Source: Pecten maximus (taxonomy: Eukaryota). From it: a DNA stretch of 64,000 nt. The stretch spans positions 25,110,001-25,174,000 of the forward strand of contig NC_047019.1 of NCBI RefSeq assembly GCF_902652985.1. Reading direction: 5' to 3'. The translations under genes were made by a program, and so were the position numbers. The notes under the pieces are model-generated. The model was given only the letters and a program-made list of their open reading frames with translations. It was not told where the DNA came from and did not search any database. Below are positions 12,131-25,081 of the stretch, one piece after another. Numbering within the stretch: the stretch's first letter is position 1; every line of letters starts with the position of its first letter.

Positions 12131-15100
12131 AATAAATATCACAATGGTATTAAAGTTCTTCTCTAGCTGAAGATATTGACTAAAATTTACATTTCCTTCT
12201 TACTTATAAATGAATGCTTATTGGTTTCATACATTGGATTACTGTAAAGTGTAGGAATATGACCAAGGACATGGAGTTTATTTTCGATTACCGCTTCAGT
12301 GAGACATAGCCGCATATTTTGTTTGATGTTGACACATAAACGTGGTCTCCCTCGCATTTCTTGTTGACATATACATACAAATGTAATTTCATTAAAGCAT
12401 CAATAAATAACGTTACCTTTGGTAATGTTTTAAGAAAACTGCACATCATTTCACATGATCATATAATATGGTGATTGAACTAAATTTTGTCGTGTTAATG
12501 GTGGTATGAACGCAAAGAGATAAAGAAATATTTTGTGCAGCGAAAGCAAAAGTTGCACACTTTGTACACGCGTGTAAAGCTAATTGTCTGTACTATGATA
12601 AGTTAGTTAACCTGAAAATACTGAACAGATAGTTTCTCAATTATCTAGCAGTTTTCGTTTGCTTCTAATTAGAACCTTTGCAATTTGTTTTGAAACCAGA
12701 CCCAAGGGTAATTCGCAGTGATGTAGGATATCCATTTAATTTGAAACCTAAGTTTAACACAAATCCATAAACAAGGAGTTATTAGTGCATTCTGGTCAAT
12801 GTACGCTCTACAAGATACATCAGTGAGTACTGTTACTCTCAGCGCCGAAGTCAGTGTGGAGTGCTTCCTGTTGGAATGCATAGTATGATGACTGATGACG
12901 CAACAAAAGGTGCTGTTACATATGACTCCCACGATGTATTTTGAATGTATTCTTATCATTCCTTCTTAAAATCAATCTTCCTTCTGATAGCAACTTCTAT
13001 GACACGCTATGCAATTTCACAGCCGACTTAACAAAAGTGACATTTGCTATAGAAAAAAGCCATTCATGAATCTTTTCGAAAAAAAATTCTAAAGAATGGG
13101 CAACATGTTTGTCACTTTTGTTCCATTCTCGTGGAAACACGATATCATTCACAGCATAGGTCAAAAACTTATTTTCTGCACCGACGTATTACCGGATGAA
13201 ATACCTTGATATTTCATCGGTCCGACAACATTTTCTTAAATCATCTTTAAGCAAATTCCACTAGGCTTTCCTAACACAACCAAGCACATCGATTATAGCG
13301 CAATAACCCAATAGTCTAAAACATCAATTCTTAAATAACACCTGTTTCCTCCACTTACTGTCGCGATCCTGATTAAAGACAAAAACCAAATAATCCTCCT
13401 TCAGAAATGGCTATCACACTAACGTTATAAGACTCGTCAAATGATTAATGGTGCATTTATATACATTACCTGGAAACGCCTAAAGGCTCAGAGAGACAAG
13501 AAACAATCGCTCAGATTGTAAATTGCATGGATATAAAACAATTGAAGAGAAAGAAATGAAATAGACATTCATTAATACATGATGGATGCCCTCAAAGTCC
13601 TTATATCTAAAGTAAATTCGTTAGTCTGTCGGCTCCTTAGTCAGTTTATATTAAGCATAACTATTTTCACCTGCGCCCTCATATCAACTTACATGTACTC
13701 ATTTGTTTCGGTACCGGACAAATGTTTATTTCAACAAAGATCATGTATAATTAATTTCCTATCTGAAAAGAGAAAAGCGAAAAGATCCTGAAATAGGTGA
13801 AAGAGTTGGCAGAACTCTCCAAATCGCAGGCAGAACAATTCGATTTATGTATATATCATGTAGTAACATTCGATGTATAAAATAGACCTTCTTGTGTATC
13901 GTTTTGTATCTATTGATGTGATGGATTTTATTGATTTATTAGTATTCACGTGGACTAATCAACATCAGTTGGCCACACGTACTTTATAAAGTCATGGACA
14001 ATTGCTGTAATACACTGTACATACATGAGTGGTAATGGAAATAGCTTCCGGTTTACTGTAAATTACGAGTAACCTCTATATTAAACTTTTGTATTGTCGT
14101 ATGATGATCAACCTTATCTACATCTGTGTAATGAGATAGGTAACAAAGGTAGCAGGATTTATGTGAAAAAATATTAAAATGGAGACATTGATGTGTATGA
14201 CGGTATTGTGAAATACGATATAAATCATCTGGTATATAGATGTATGATAAAGAAAATGATAGAAAGGCTGACAGAGTGTTATGATCCAGTATGTATGTAC
14301 TCCATATAGTAAATACACTTAATAACCCCTCACACCACACACTAGTTCACATCTCTAGTTATTACTGTAATAGGAGGACGACCACGCATACTAATTATAC
14401 ATAAACAATTGTTTTGTAAACAAGAATGTCAATTGTCGGTATTGTTGCCCTAACTCTGAAATCTATATATTTATATGGTGGCTTTACACAAGATGTAAAC
14501 TCATGGAAAATCTATGGAAGGCATCAGGAAGTGACATTTGGTTGTGGGAATGGTACAATTAGATTGACGTCATCATACATTGAAATCCTAAACCGAATTT
14601 TAGACATAGCTTCTGAACAGGATACAAAATCAGCTCGAGTCAAAACGTACCCATCCTCCAACCACCTACCTAATGACTCGATATAGTCAAATTGACGTGA
14701 TGTCCTGTTGGGCTACTTTCTGTTACTGTTGTGGTAATGACATCATATCTGTGTATGGTATTTACCGGTAATAATGCCATCACATTAATGTAACTCATTA
14801 TTCGGTCAGTAATGTCCGTGCACTAAAATACACCGGGTAAGTCAGATGTACAAGTCAAGAGGCATTTTTGAAAATAAAAATAACACCAGCGAATAGCATC
14901 TTAAGATATATACTTCGCGATAACATTAGTATATGTCCTATAATGAACAAACATTCCATCATACTGATGTTTCGCCTTTCAAGCAATGTTTAATTATAAT
15001 GTGTGAAAATCCACCGGGGAAATCCAAATGGTCATAACAAATAGTTTTCGGTAGGAAAAGGAGGTGCATTACCCCCCATTTTAATCCGACCAACGCACAT

Positions 15101-16577
15101 GTAAACCTGGCGATTTTCTATATTTCTATGAACTGACAGCGACTAACCAAAGTACTGTTTAATTTCATTGAAGAACTCTCGCAACAAAACAAGGTAAAAA
15201 TCGTAAGTTCTTTTTTATACCAGTGCTAAAATATTTCATTTGTAACTGTTCAAGTACTCTCATTTTATTTACTGTTTTACATAGCAAACTTAATGTAACA
15301 ATCAAGTAAATACTAGCGATGTCAATAATTATATGGATGCAACGAACAATCCTTCTTTTGCTATAAGCTATCTACTTGAAAACCGTCGGCGGCCATATTG
15401 CATTTTTAAAACCCGTGCTTCTGACTGTAAAGAATATCTCGAAATATATTTGCGCACCCTTTCGCTAATTAATGTCCAATGGCGACAGTACACGTTTATG
15501 ATATCGATTACTTTCACTGTCTTGTTGTCTAACGTCATATACATACGATGTCAAAGATCATGCTACTAATTTTTATGATTATTTGATACATCCATAATTT
15601 GTCACCATATTTCGGCGTTTAAACCTAACAGATCAATTTATTTTATTTTTAAAAGAACGTAACGACATTTTTCTAATGAACTATCAAACAGGAAGTTATT
15701 AAATATCATCAATATGTACGATAACTCTGGCATACTGAGTTTCACGATAGTAACCTTGTATACACCGAAGTATGAACACGGAGTATCGCTATATTGAAAT
15801 CGTAGATACAGTAACTGTTGTACACTATGATCCCTAGCAGTAACATAATACACACGATTAGAAGGGCAGGGCATTCCATCATACATGGCAATACCGTTAT
15901 CATGTTGAATTTCTGTTCCATAAAAATATCTAATAACTCTCTTCCGCAGGGATACAACTACATCAGAATGGCGGGATTGTTTAGATTAGAAAGCACCATT
16001 GGGGAAACATTGAAACGCTGATTACAATCGCTAACGTACGACATATTTCAACACCAACAATACGCATGTCCCTGTCAAACACGCTGATTGCCGAGTGATT
16101 CCTGACTATTGATTACAGGAAATTGATATGAACAATTCCAAGGAAAAAAGTGTATATATATATCCATATGCTTTATACATCCTAATCGGGGATTGTCATA
16201 GGATTGAGGTGAAAATCTATTGGTTGTAGAGCCAGCAGTGATTACCGATAGGTCTATCCTCCGCTGATCGATTGTTCCAATGGTGTGGCCCGCAACACTA
16301 CCCGCTATATCTCTCTGACGTTGCTTCATCACATATATCCGGCTCAGATTGCCATCCCGTCACATGTTTCTTTCAATAGGCCGATTTTCCGGGTAGCCGT
16401 ATTTTAAATATATACATATTGTATTGTTCACATGAACAACGTCGTAACAATATTTTAATGTATGCCGTTAATTGACGAAACGAATACATACGACATTAAC
16501 GGTGGTCTGGCAGGGATAGGGTGTCAGAGAATACTACGACAACTTCGCGATAGGGATAGGTGGGTGTCGGTAGTGCT

Positions 16578-16612
16578 TATAACCAATGTGGCATAACAAG
16601 TGTCCTCACAAC
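16578..16612 (+). promoter_or_regulatory. Candidate core promoter (TATAA plus initiator) of the LDLa ligand gene
   Basis: TATAA at 16578 and a pyrimidine-flanked CA (ctCAca, A at 16608) 30 nt downstream, about 110 nt before the ATG at 16721. Confidence 0.35.
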
Positions 16613-16720
16613 TAGACATCTGCTTGACCAACGGAGAGCCGTGCGTGACTACAGTCCGATGCCTACCAACCCTGTGGGTTTGTGATGTGACTTTGTGCGT
16701 TTTAAGAATTCCTCAGTGTG

Positions 16721-16991
16721 ATGAATACGTCTTACTTTTCTATTAGTTTTTACTTAGTACTTGTGTTTCTGCAGGGGGCAATATACGGTGCTATGGCCTA
16801 TAGACAGCGACACCAAAAACGAGTGTCTTGGAGACTCACACTTCTGAGAAAAATTTATAAACAGTTCGATAATGCTGAGAACCTTCTCAGAATTAATGAC
16901 AGAAGGCATTCATTACAGTATTCTGAAAATCCAGACAATAAAGCGAAGATGTATTTTGATAGTTACTCCGACAACCATTTACCCAGTATAG
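16721..16991 (+). CDS. Jelly belly/HEN-1-like secreted LDLa protein, coding exon 1 (signal peptide and pro-region)
   Basis: ATG opens MNTSYFSISFYLVLVFLQGAIYGAMA (hydrophobic signal-like), then YRQRHQKR...NDRR...HLPSI. Ends at a strong donor tatag|gtaagt in phase 1 (271 nt), matching the phase-1 LDLa exon. The link to exon 2 is inferred from phase and architecture. Confidence 0.7.
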
Positions 16992-17179
16992 GTAAGTGTC
17001 ATTTATTTAATTTACACAGACAACCAGTTATAGTATCGTGATCTGTAAAGGATGTACGTAAACATGCTATCTTTGTTTTTATTGTTACATATCGTCTCTC
17101 TCGTCATATTGGTGATGTTAAATAAATATAATATACAATTATGTTTAACGCTGATCACCCAGCGAGTAATAATTACGCG

Positions 17180-18140
17180 TGAAAGATTGTGTGCTGTAAT
17201 TTATGGAAGATAGATATTGAAGTAATTGAGGCATTGTATGGTGTAATAGGCGAAGAAGATAAGTGTTGTATGATGTAACATGTTAGGAAGATTAATGTTG
17301 TATGATATAACATGCGTGGAAGATTAATGTTGTATGGTGTAATATTCGTGGAAGATTAATGTTGTGTGGTGTAATATGCGAGGAAGATAACTGTTGTATG
17401 GTGTAACATGTTAGGAAGATTAATGTTGTATGATATAACATGCATGGAAGATTAATGTTGTGTGGTGTAATATGCGTGGAATATTCATGTTGTATTGTGT
17501 AACATGCGTGGAAGATTAATGTTGTGTGGTGTAATATGCGAGGAAGATAACTGTTGTATGGTGTAATATGCGTGGAAGATTCATGTTATATTGTGTAACA
17601 TGCGTGGACGATAAATGTTGTATGGTGTAATATGCGTGGAAGATTCATGTTATATTGTGTAACATGCGTGGACGATAAATGTTGTATTGTGTAACATGCG
17701 TGGAAGATTTATGTTGTGTAGTGTAACATGCGTGGAAGATTAATGTTGTATTGTGTAACATGCGTGGAAGATTAATGTTGTGTAGTGTAACATGCGTGGA
17801 AGATTAATGTTGTATGGTGTAATATGCGTGGACGAATAATGCTGTATTCTGTAACCTGCGTGGAAGATGAACATTGTATGGTGTAAAGTGCTTGGAATAT
17901 TAACTTAATTTGTTGTCACAATGGCGTAAGTTGAATGTTGTATGGTGTAACATGCGTGGAATATTAATGTTGTATTGTGTAACATGCGTGGAAGATTAAT
18001 GTTGTATTGTGTTACATGCTTGGACAATAAATGTTGCATGGTATAACATGCGTGGACGATAGATGTTGTATTGTGTAACATGCTTGAAAGATTACTGCTG
18101 TATGGTGTTGCAAGTGTGGAATATAAATAATGTATTGCAA
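17180..18140. repeat. Intronic minisatellite, 32-bp unit gaagattaatgttgtatggtgtaacatgcgtg
   Basis: Roughly 25-30 imperfect tandem copies seen directly. Confidence 0.9.
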
Positions 18141-21100
18141 CTATTTAGGAAGAAATTATTTTGTTTCAATATTTCAGAAAGACAAAATTTGACAGCAGGT
18201 TATGTCCGGAAAATAAATGCCGTGTTGTGATATGTCAGAAAGATAATTTTGTCCGTCTGTTAAACTCAATTGGTTGTTAAAGGTATACCCTATATAAATG
18301 CACCTTCATGGTTTTATAGTAGCTGAAAAATAAGCAATATGTTGTTGTATACATATTGTTGTTTAGCGTCGTTTCATTTCAAGTAGCACTGTCACCTACA
18401 CCATATACTTTGTCCAATAGACCGTGTTTAAAAGATGAGTTGACAACAAAATAATCGAATTCCATTCCTTGGGGAGTTAGTCTTGAGTCTGAAAGCCTAA
18501 TTAGACGGCAATGTTAAACTTTTTCTGCTGAAAATCATACATACTGCATATTTATTTCCAATGGTGTCATTAATAAGTGACAGTGAATTGGTGTAAACAG
18601 GTACATATCAGTCTTTTGATGATATGACTGGTGCTTCAGATTGTTGATTTAGTCAGGATGTGGCCAAGTGACGAATTAGAGCGCGTCTTCATGTCCAAAA
18701 CACGTCTATAAAATACCCCTTTCATTTGAGATTTGAGATCATATTTATAATATGACCCAATATACCACTCTTCCAAAAGACTAACGAAGACTTCAACATA
18801 GAAAATAGTCTTTCGATGAAAGAATATCAAAGTAACAAAGCCCAGTTTTGTGTAAGGAGCTCTGTTAAAAGCACTTAATAAGAGAGGGCTCACTCAAATA
18901 TATCAAACGTACTGACTATAGTAGTGAGAGTTCAATAGTGATGTGTTAGCTTTATGCTGTCAAACGCTTGATACCGTCCCGGTTTGAATATTATTGATAG
19001 ATTATGTATCTGATGACCAATTTTCGACATCTCCAATCTTGCTAGTATTATTATCCCAACAAGCTTTATCGGGAATTTGCCGAAGGTTAAGAAAAAATAT
19101 GACGGAAATCAAGTTATTTCCTTCGTAATATGTTATTTTAGTCTCAGATATATCGCTAGATACACGAAAAGTAAAGTCAAGATTGTGTCTCTGAATGGGT
19201 ATTATCCATGTGTAGGAGGACAATCAGAGATATCTTGCAACAGCTCGACCTGTAATTTAGTTTGTGACTGATATACAAATACAGCCCATTCCATATATGA
19301 GATGCGTGGGTAATACGCTGAGCAGGGAACGTCGTATCACTGATAATCTGACGTATTCTCGTTACTCTCACAAGAACCCTCAAACAAATTCCATCAACGC
19401 TTCAGCGAAAATAGAATAGAACGTTGTCACACACTGTCAGTTAGGTTGCTTGTAAGACAAAACCATGACACCAATTTTGAATCCTGATCAATATGTCTGT
19501 AGTAAGGGGGATAAGTAGATACACCCTGTCCCTATCACGTGTCTGTTAGAATCTTCTTTCGGTAATGCAGTTATACCAAAGCGTGACTGATACGACAACA
19601 CAAGGCACACGGTTAGGGACAATACAAGGAACATAGTTTGGCGAAAATACAAGGAACTCGGCTTCAGGGCAATAAAAAGGAACACGTCCTCAGGACAATA
19701 GCAGAAAAAAGGGGTTTTGGAACTGTACAGGACGATACACGAAACACGACTCGGGAACAATTAAACAGCTTTGGAACAATATAAGGGATGGATGCTTCAG
19801 GACAATACAAGAAGGGGGGGGGGGGGGGGGGGGGCAATTTAAGGGACCTGACTTGGAGACACACCACAGGGTATATAAGGTTCTTGAACATGGAATAGAG
19901 ACAATACACCTGGACATGGTTATGTGATAATAATCATGGACATGGCTAACCGTCAAATCTTTTTAGAGGCCACTATTTTGGGACTTATTCGTGGGAAAAT
20001 CAATGAAGAATTAACCCGAACTTGGTTTATGGCCAATTATCTGCAAACTTTAGGGGCAAATATCTGTAACACATTGAAGGGCTTAAGACAGAAACTATAT
20101 CACTAATTGCACAGTAACGATGTCAGAGATTTGGGATAGAACTTTTTTTTTAATGAGAATCTGAAGGAAACGCATTTTTTACATGGACTGCAAACTATTG
20201 GTGATTATATATAGATGATAGTTATAGTGAGAGTCCCTTTTATATAGCATCTTTGGTTAAAAAAATGTGATTGAATCTTTTTAACAACCAACGCTGTCAG
20301 CTCTACTGTCGAAAATATCCCCATAGTACCTCCTTATTTATCTATCTGTTGCATGCGAGACAAAAATAGAAACTTTTAATAGTGAAGTAATGCTGTTATC
20401 GTATTTAACTGAGAAAAAACAACTCTCTATGCAGAAACTATTTATACAAACCTTTCACCTCACTTTTTTATATTGTGACTCAATCATTGAACTGAACACC
20501 ATAGCATAGGCAATGTTATAACACAACAACCCACACATAGACGTCGCTAATTCCTTTCTGCTTGGTTACTGAAGTGTTAATTATTTACAGACTCTCTTAT
20601 GTCAATCGGAATTCCATGACAATTACCCATATTGACAGATTAAAATCGATTAATACAAATAGAATATACTATTATATGTAGTGTTCAGGTCATGTTTCAT
20701 TATTAACTTTCTGACAATATTTAATTGTGTTTTGCACAATAACGTTTAATGTATAGACTCCCACGCAAAGCTTAAACAAAGGTCTATATCTGTCCAAACA
20801 CTACATAAATGCTGCCAACATTTAAATATCAATATCTATAAACCCAAATTGAAATAAAATGTTTAGCACAAGTAGGTTATTTTCTGAGTACCTCAAGATC
20901 GATGATGCTCGATACACGACATCCAAGCATTGATGAAAACTACAGATTCTACAGCTTTAATATATAGTTTATTCAAGGCCGGGAAATGCTTATACCTCCT
21001 CAATGGAATAAAGCTGGTAATGATGTATACGAATCGGATAAAATGTATATTAGCTTATTAGTACTATATAAAAATAAAGGTATAGAGAAAAAAGTATCTT

Positions 21101-21292
21101 TATATTCTGTAGCTTGATCAATATGCAATGTTATTTGCGTGTTCTATGCCGATAAACATTCAGGAGAAAACCAGCTGAAATCAAGTTTATAAGTTAGGCT
21201 GTAGATGTTTATATGTAATTGTAGCGGTGAACCTACACGTCAAACAATATGTTACAAAAATGTTTTCTTAAGCTTTGCTCGAGATTTTGAAA

Positions 21293-21680
21293 CTTCACAG
21301 GATAGATACCCGATTCCGGTATAGATAGTTTTTAAATTACATGAAATCTTTCCTTTTTGATTAACGTTGATCCACATTTAAATGTTGCATACCTCTAAAA
21401 AAAAAATCCCATTTAAAAGAAAATGATGGTTTAACACAAATTAAGCATTGGCTATCTTAGCATATGGTTATTCCCATTTCTAAGGAATCTTATCTAATAC
21501 TGAAATTTACAAGTTTTCCCCAATTAATATAGGAGCCTGCTGATGATCTTAAAATTAGACGAGTCAGACAAGCCATCCATTTATGATCAAATGAAGCTTC
21601 ACAGGATAGAGACCCGATCCCGGTATAGATAGTTTTTAAATTTCATAAAATCTTTCCTTCTCAATTTATGTTGATATACA
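21293..21680 (+). repeat. About 80-bp direct repeat pair (21293-21375 and 21597-21680)
   Basis: cttcacaggataga(t/g)acccgat(t/c)ccggtatagatagtttttaaatt...aaatctttcctt occurs twice, 304 bp apart. Confidence 0.8.
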
Positions 21681-23259
21681 AGTAATTCATTTTCCCTATT
21701 GTTCATATTAACGAGCTTCATGACCTGGTCTCCATTATTTGTTTTACAAGTAACTCGTAGTTTTGATCCTTTAAATAGTGTACAATAAACATACTTGTTT
21801 TGGCGAACACAGATTTTAGCGCATAACCGGATCAAAACAAATTACAGATGAAATGGCGCTGTCACAATTCTTAACACAGACAACATTGTACAGAAATTGA
21901 AATTGGTGAAGCCGTTTGCAGCATTAATACATTTTTTCTCCTAAGCGAGATGACTTTTTTAATTTATATATTTATTTTATGTGCTATTGTGATGTTGTCT
22001 GTCGACCATTTACCTTTCCTTTATGTGAATGTTTGGTTTAGGTTCGAAGTACTGAACGTGACATCAACATTATAAAATAGTTTAACGAGGCCAACATAAG
22101 GTCCGCTGTAACGTGCCATTCCAATGACATATTGATATATTGGCATGCCATTTCTCCATTGTCTATTATTCTGCTTATATGTGCATCCCTGTCATTGTCT
22201 AATGTCAAGCATAGGGCATCGAGTCCAATTTTGCTAACAGACGAATAATACGGGCAAGTGTTAACAGAAACATAGGGAAGAAAAAGAGAGAAAAAAAAGA
22301 AGTTTTTTTCGAAGAGAAGATATAAAAACACTTATCATCTAATGGGAAAAACAATTCTTACGCCATTCCTGTCGGGCAAACAAGAATAAAAAATCAAACC
22401 ACGAAATAAGGATGGCATGATTTTGATATACGGCATGTAAATAAAGTGTGTTGTATAAATCAAACATTACAGCTCCTGACAATGATAAAATATATTTTAC
22501 CCCAATATCTACATCGCTAACGATTTGTCGAAGCCGAACCCTCTCTTCTTGTAAATGTCATTTGATTCACTTGATGTCGCCTAATGCCCATCGGAACAGG
22601 AAACCGAGAAACACTATCATCTCATTACCGATATCTTCTAGTAATGTCGACAGTCCGGGAAGCCCTATGCCTTATTTTATATGGATTCAGTGCCTAACAA
22701 GCACGGTTTCCACTTATCCGTTAGCTTACATGCAGTCATCTAAATGCCATATCCTATTTTGAACATATTGTTGTCAGAATGTTAGTTACTGAGATTTTAT
22801 CAGTATACGTCGGCCTGCTCGTGTTACAAAGGGCTATGGAATTAACTTAAATACAGTTTTCCTTTTAGGCTATCTTTCGTTTGGTAAATAGTTTAAAACA
22901 TTTTTGTAATTATATTTGTAGTTGCCGCATACTGGCTAAAGGCTTATCTAAAACGTGATGATCGTAGCTGACAACTGATGTAGGGATTACGGAAGCGTGT
23001 TAGCCTCACGATTTTTGATTGTGAAAGCATTGTATCTGACGGTCTGTTATACAATTTTTTTAACGAAATATCACCGTCCACTCTATTTCTTTTCCAAAAT
23101 GTATAGAATAAAACAATGTAACATGAAATGTTTACAAAATTCTACTGCATGTAGCTGTTTTTGTTGGTACATTAATTTTGTACCTCTACTATGTATATAC
23201 TGTCATAACAGTGTATGCTTGTTTTAATGTTGGTATTCAACATTATTCTTGTATGTAAA

Positions 23260-23530
23260 TACCATGCACTATTTATGGATAGTGTCAGTGCCAATGTACT
23301 AATTATAGATAGTATCGGTACCAATGTACTAATTATAGATAGTATCAGTACCAATGTACTAATTATAGATAGTATCAATACCAATGTACTATTTATTGAT
23401 AGTATCAGTACCAATGTACTATTTATAGATAGTATCAGTACCAATGTACTATTTATAGATAGTATCAGTACCAATGTACTATTTATAGATAGCATTGGCA
23501 CCAATGTAATAACGGTATTTATAGAAGTCA
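23260..23530. repeat. Minisatellite, 30-bp unit ccaatgtactatttatagatagtatcagta
   Basis: About 8-9 tandem copies ending about 30 nt before the LDLa exon acceptor. Accounts for the repetitive ORFs 23172-23531 and 23215-23712. Confidence 0.9.
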
Positions 23531-23559
23531 TTTATAATGATATTGTTGATATTATTCAG

Positions 23560-23708
23560 AATGTGCTGATGAGACCCAGATACCTTGTCCAACGCCTACA
23601 ACAGGAAATATCTATTACTGTATTAGCCGGACAGCCTTTTGTGATAGCAGATTTAACTGCCCCTATGGTGAAGACGAAAATCCTATTGCATGCATGTTCT
23701 ACAAACTG
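23560..23708 (+). CDS. Jelly belly/HEN-1-like secreted LDLa protein, coding exon 2 (LDL-receptor class A module)
   Basis: Acceptor ttattcag| and donor ctg|gtaagt, phase 1 to 0. Translation (E)CADETQIPCPTPTTGNIYYCISRTAFCDSRFNCPYGEDENPIACMFYKL has six Cys with the CD..CPxGEDE..C LDLa signature and the CPTP and CMFYK motifs I recall from Jeb/HEN-1. Confidence 0.92.
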
Positions 23709-25012
23709 GTAAGTATCATTCGTCCTATTGTCCTATTGTTCTCTGAATAAAGAGAAAATAAATCTTTGAATTGCACCAATAATCGAATAATTGTATACTG
23801 ATTTATCAATTTAACAGGGGTTTAAATTAACAATCTATAACCTTTCCTTTTCGTTTCCTTTGTATACCCAAATGTTTAATATGTGTTATTCCTTCAATTA
23901 TGCTACATTTCGCCACTGTATTCATTTTGCTGTTCTCATATTGATAGGTATCTATGATATATGGTCTACTCGTTCCAAAGTTTCCCTCGATATTGCCCAG
24001 TGCTGCTTTCTTACAGATCTATAGGAATTTAAACACTGTATCATTGATGTAATTTGGTTTTCTTTTTCTTTACATTTCCTGTGTTTTTACCCTGATAAGG
24101 GCAATTCATACAAATTTGGGATATATTTTTCGTCATATCAAATGTAATTCATTTTCATTTTCCGTTTTCTTCCATTGTTCAATAGATTTGAAAGTAAAAG
24201 ATGATGCTCTTTGTTCTTGTTTTCCCTTTTCTCCAATACTTTCTAATAGACATTAAATTATAAATATGTTGCTAATTTAATTGATTGCTATTTTGAATTT
24301 CATAGATAATTAAATGTTAAAGATAATACGGCGAAGTAATTAACTTAATTTATGTTAATAACGGCACAGCAAGCATTAATTGTGCTCATTAGGGTTATGC
24401 AAGGACTGGTCACTGATTGGCCAGCTAAGGTCCATGTTCCCTTTCATATGTAGCAGCCATCTTGGTATATCTTAGATAGCATCAGAAGCCCCAAAATGTT
24501 GTCAGTTCTTTCAAAAACCACCCACAACCTACCCGTTCTTAGCTGATTTTAGCGTCTCCTTTCAGTTTTAGCATTTCTATGAATGTTATGATATTAAATA
24601 ATATGTTATGGCGATTTACCTGAAATTGATCTTCGGTTATTGTACTTATGTAGTAGTTGCTTCTATTGTTTTTGGCGATTTTAGCACAGTAGGTTGGCTT
24701 TATGTTTTTTTTATTTTATAACGATTAACGTTTAGAAATACACACAAAAGTAACAATATAACAATGTATATTTGATTCACTTTTACGTTATCGACGATAG
24801 ATATAAAAGTATAGGCTATGATTTCTTGTTTCTACTTTTTTCTGACAGAAAAGTATAAATTTAAACTGATTTTTGGTTATATTTTATTCAAATTAAGACA
24901 TACAGTATACATGTATATTTCATGCTAGTAATAGTATAGATACGATGCTGTGATATATTAAACGTATATGTTGCTGTTTCCCTTTTCTCAATTTTTACGT
25001 TTTGGCTTACAG

Positions 25013-25081
25013 ATAGACATGAAAGTTAAAGATATTGATGACGTCCTCATGGCAATGCAGGAAACGCATGATACTAGCTGA
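25013..25081 (+). CDS. Jelly belly/HEN-1-like secreted LDLa protein, terminal coding exon
   Basis: Long polypyrimidine acceptor ...ttttggcttacag|. Phase 0 reads IDMKVKDIDDVLMAMQETHDTS*, an amphipathic helix like the post-LDLa tail of Jeb/HEN-1. AATAAA downstream at about 25514 and 25768. Confidence 0.8.
   Translation: MDMKVKDIDDVLMAMQETHDTS

Noticed and set aside
19148-19271. Cys-containing frame YIARYTK...CNSSTCNLVCD* after a possible acceptor
   Set aside because: Requires phase 2, incompatible with the phase-1 upstream exon. No family signal.
22779-22850. Signal-peptide-like mini-ORF MLVTEILSVYVGLLVLQRAMELT*
   Set aside because: Terminates without a usable splice donor, so it cannot join the LDLa exon.
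23560-23708. Prohormone-4/IDLSRF-like assignment of the LDLa exon
   Set aside because: That family has the LDLa near the N-terminus followed by CTA..RPP and a long helical domain. Here the module is C-terminal and ends CMFYK, which fits Jeb/HEN-1 better.
23215-23712. 165-aa ORF overlapping the LDLa exon
   Set aside because: Its N-terminal part is translation of a 30-bp minisatellite. The real coding frame is different and bounded by splice sites.
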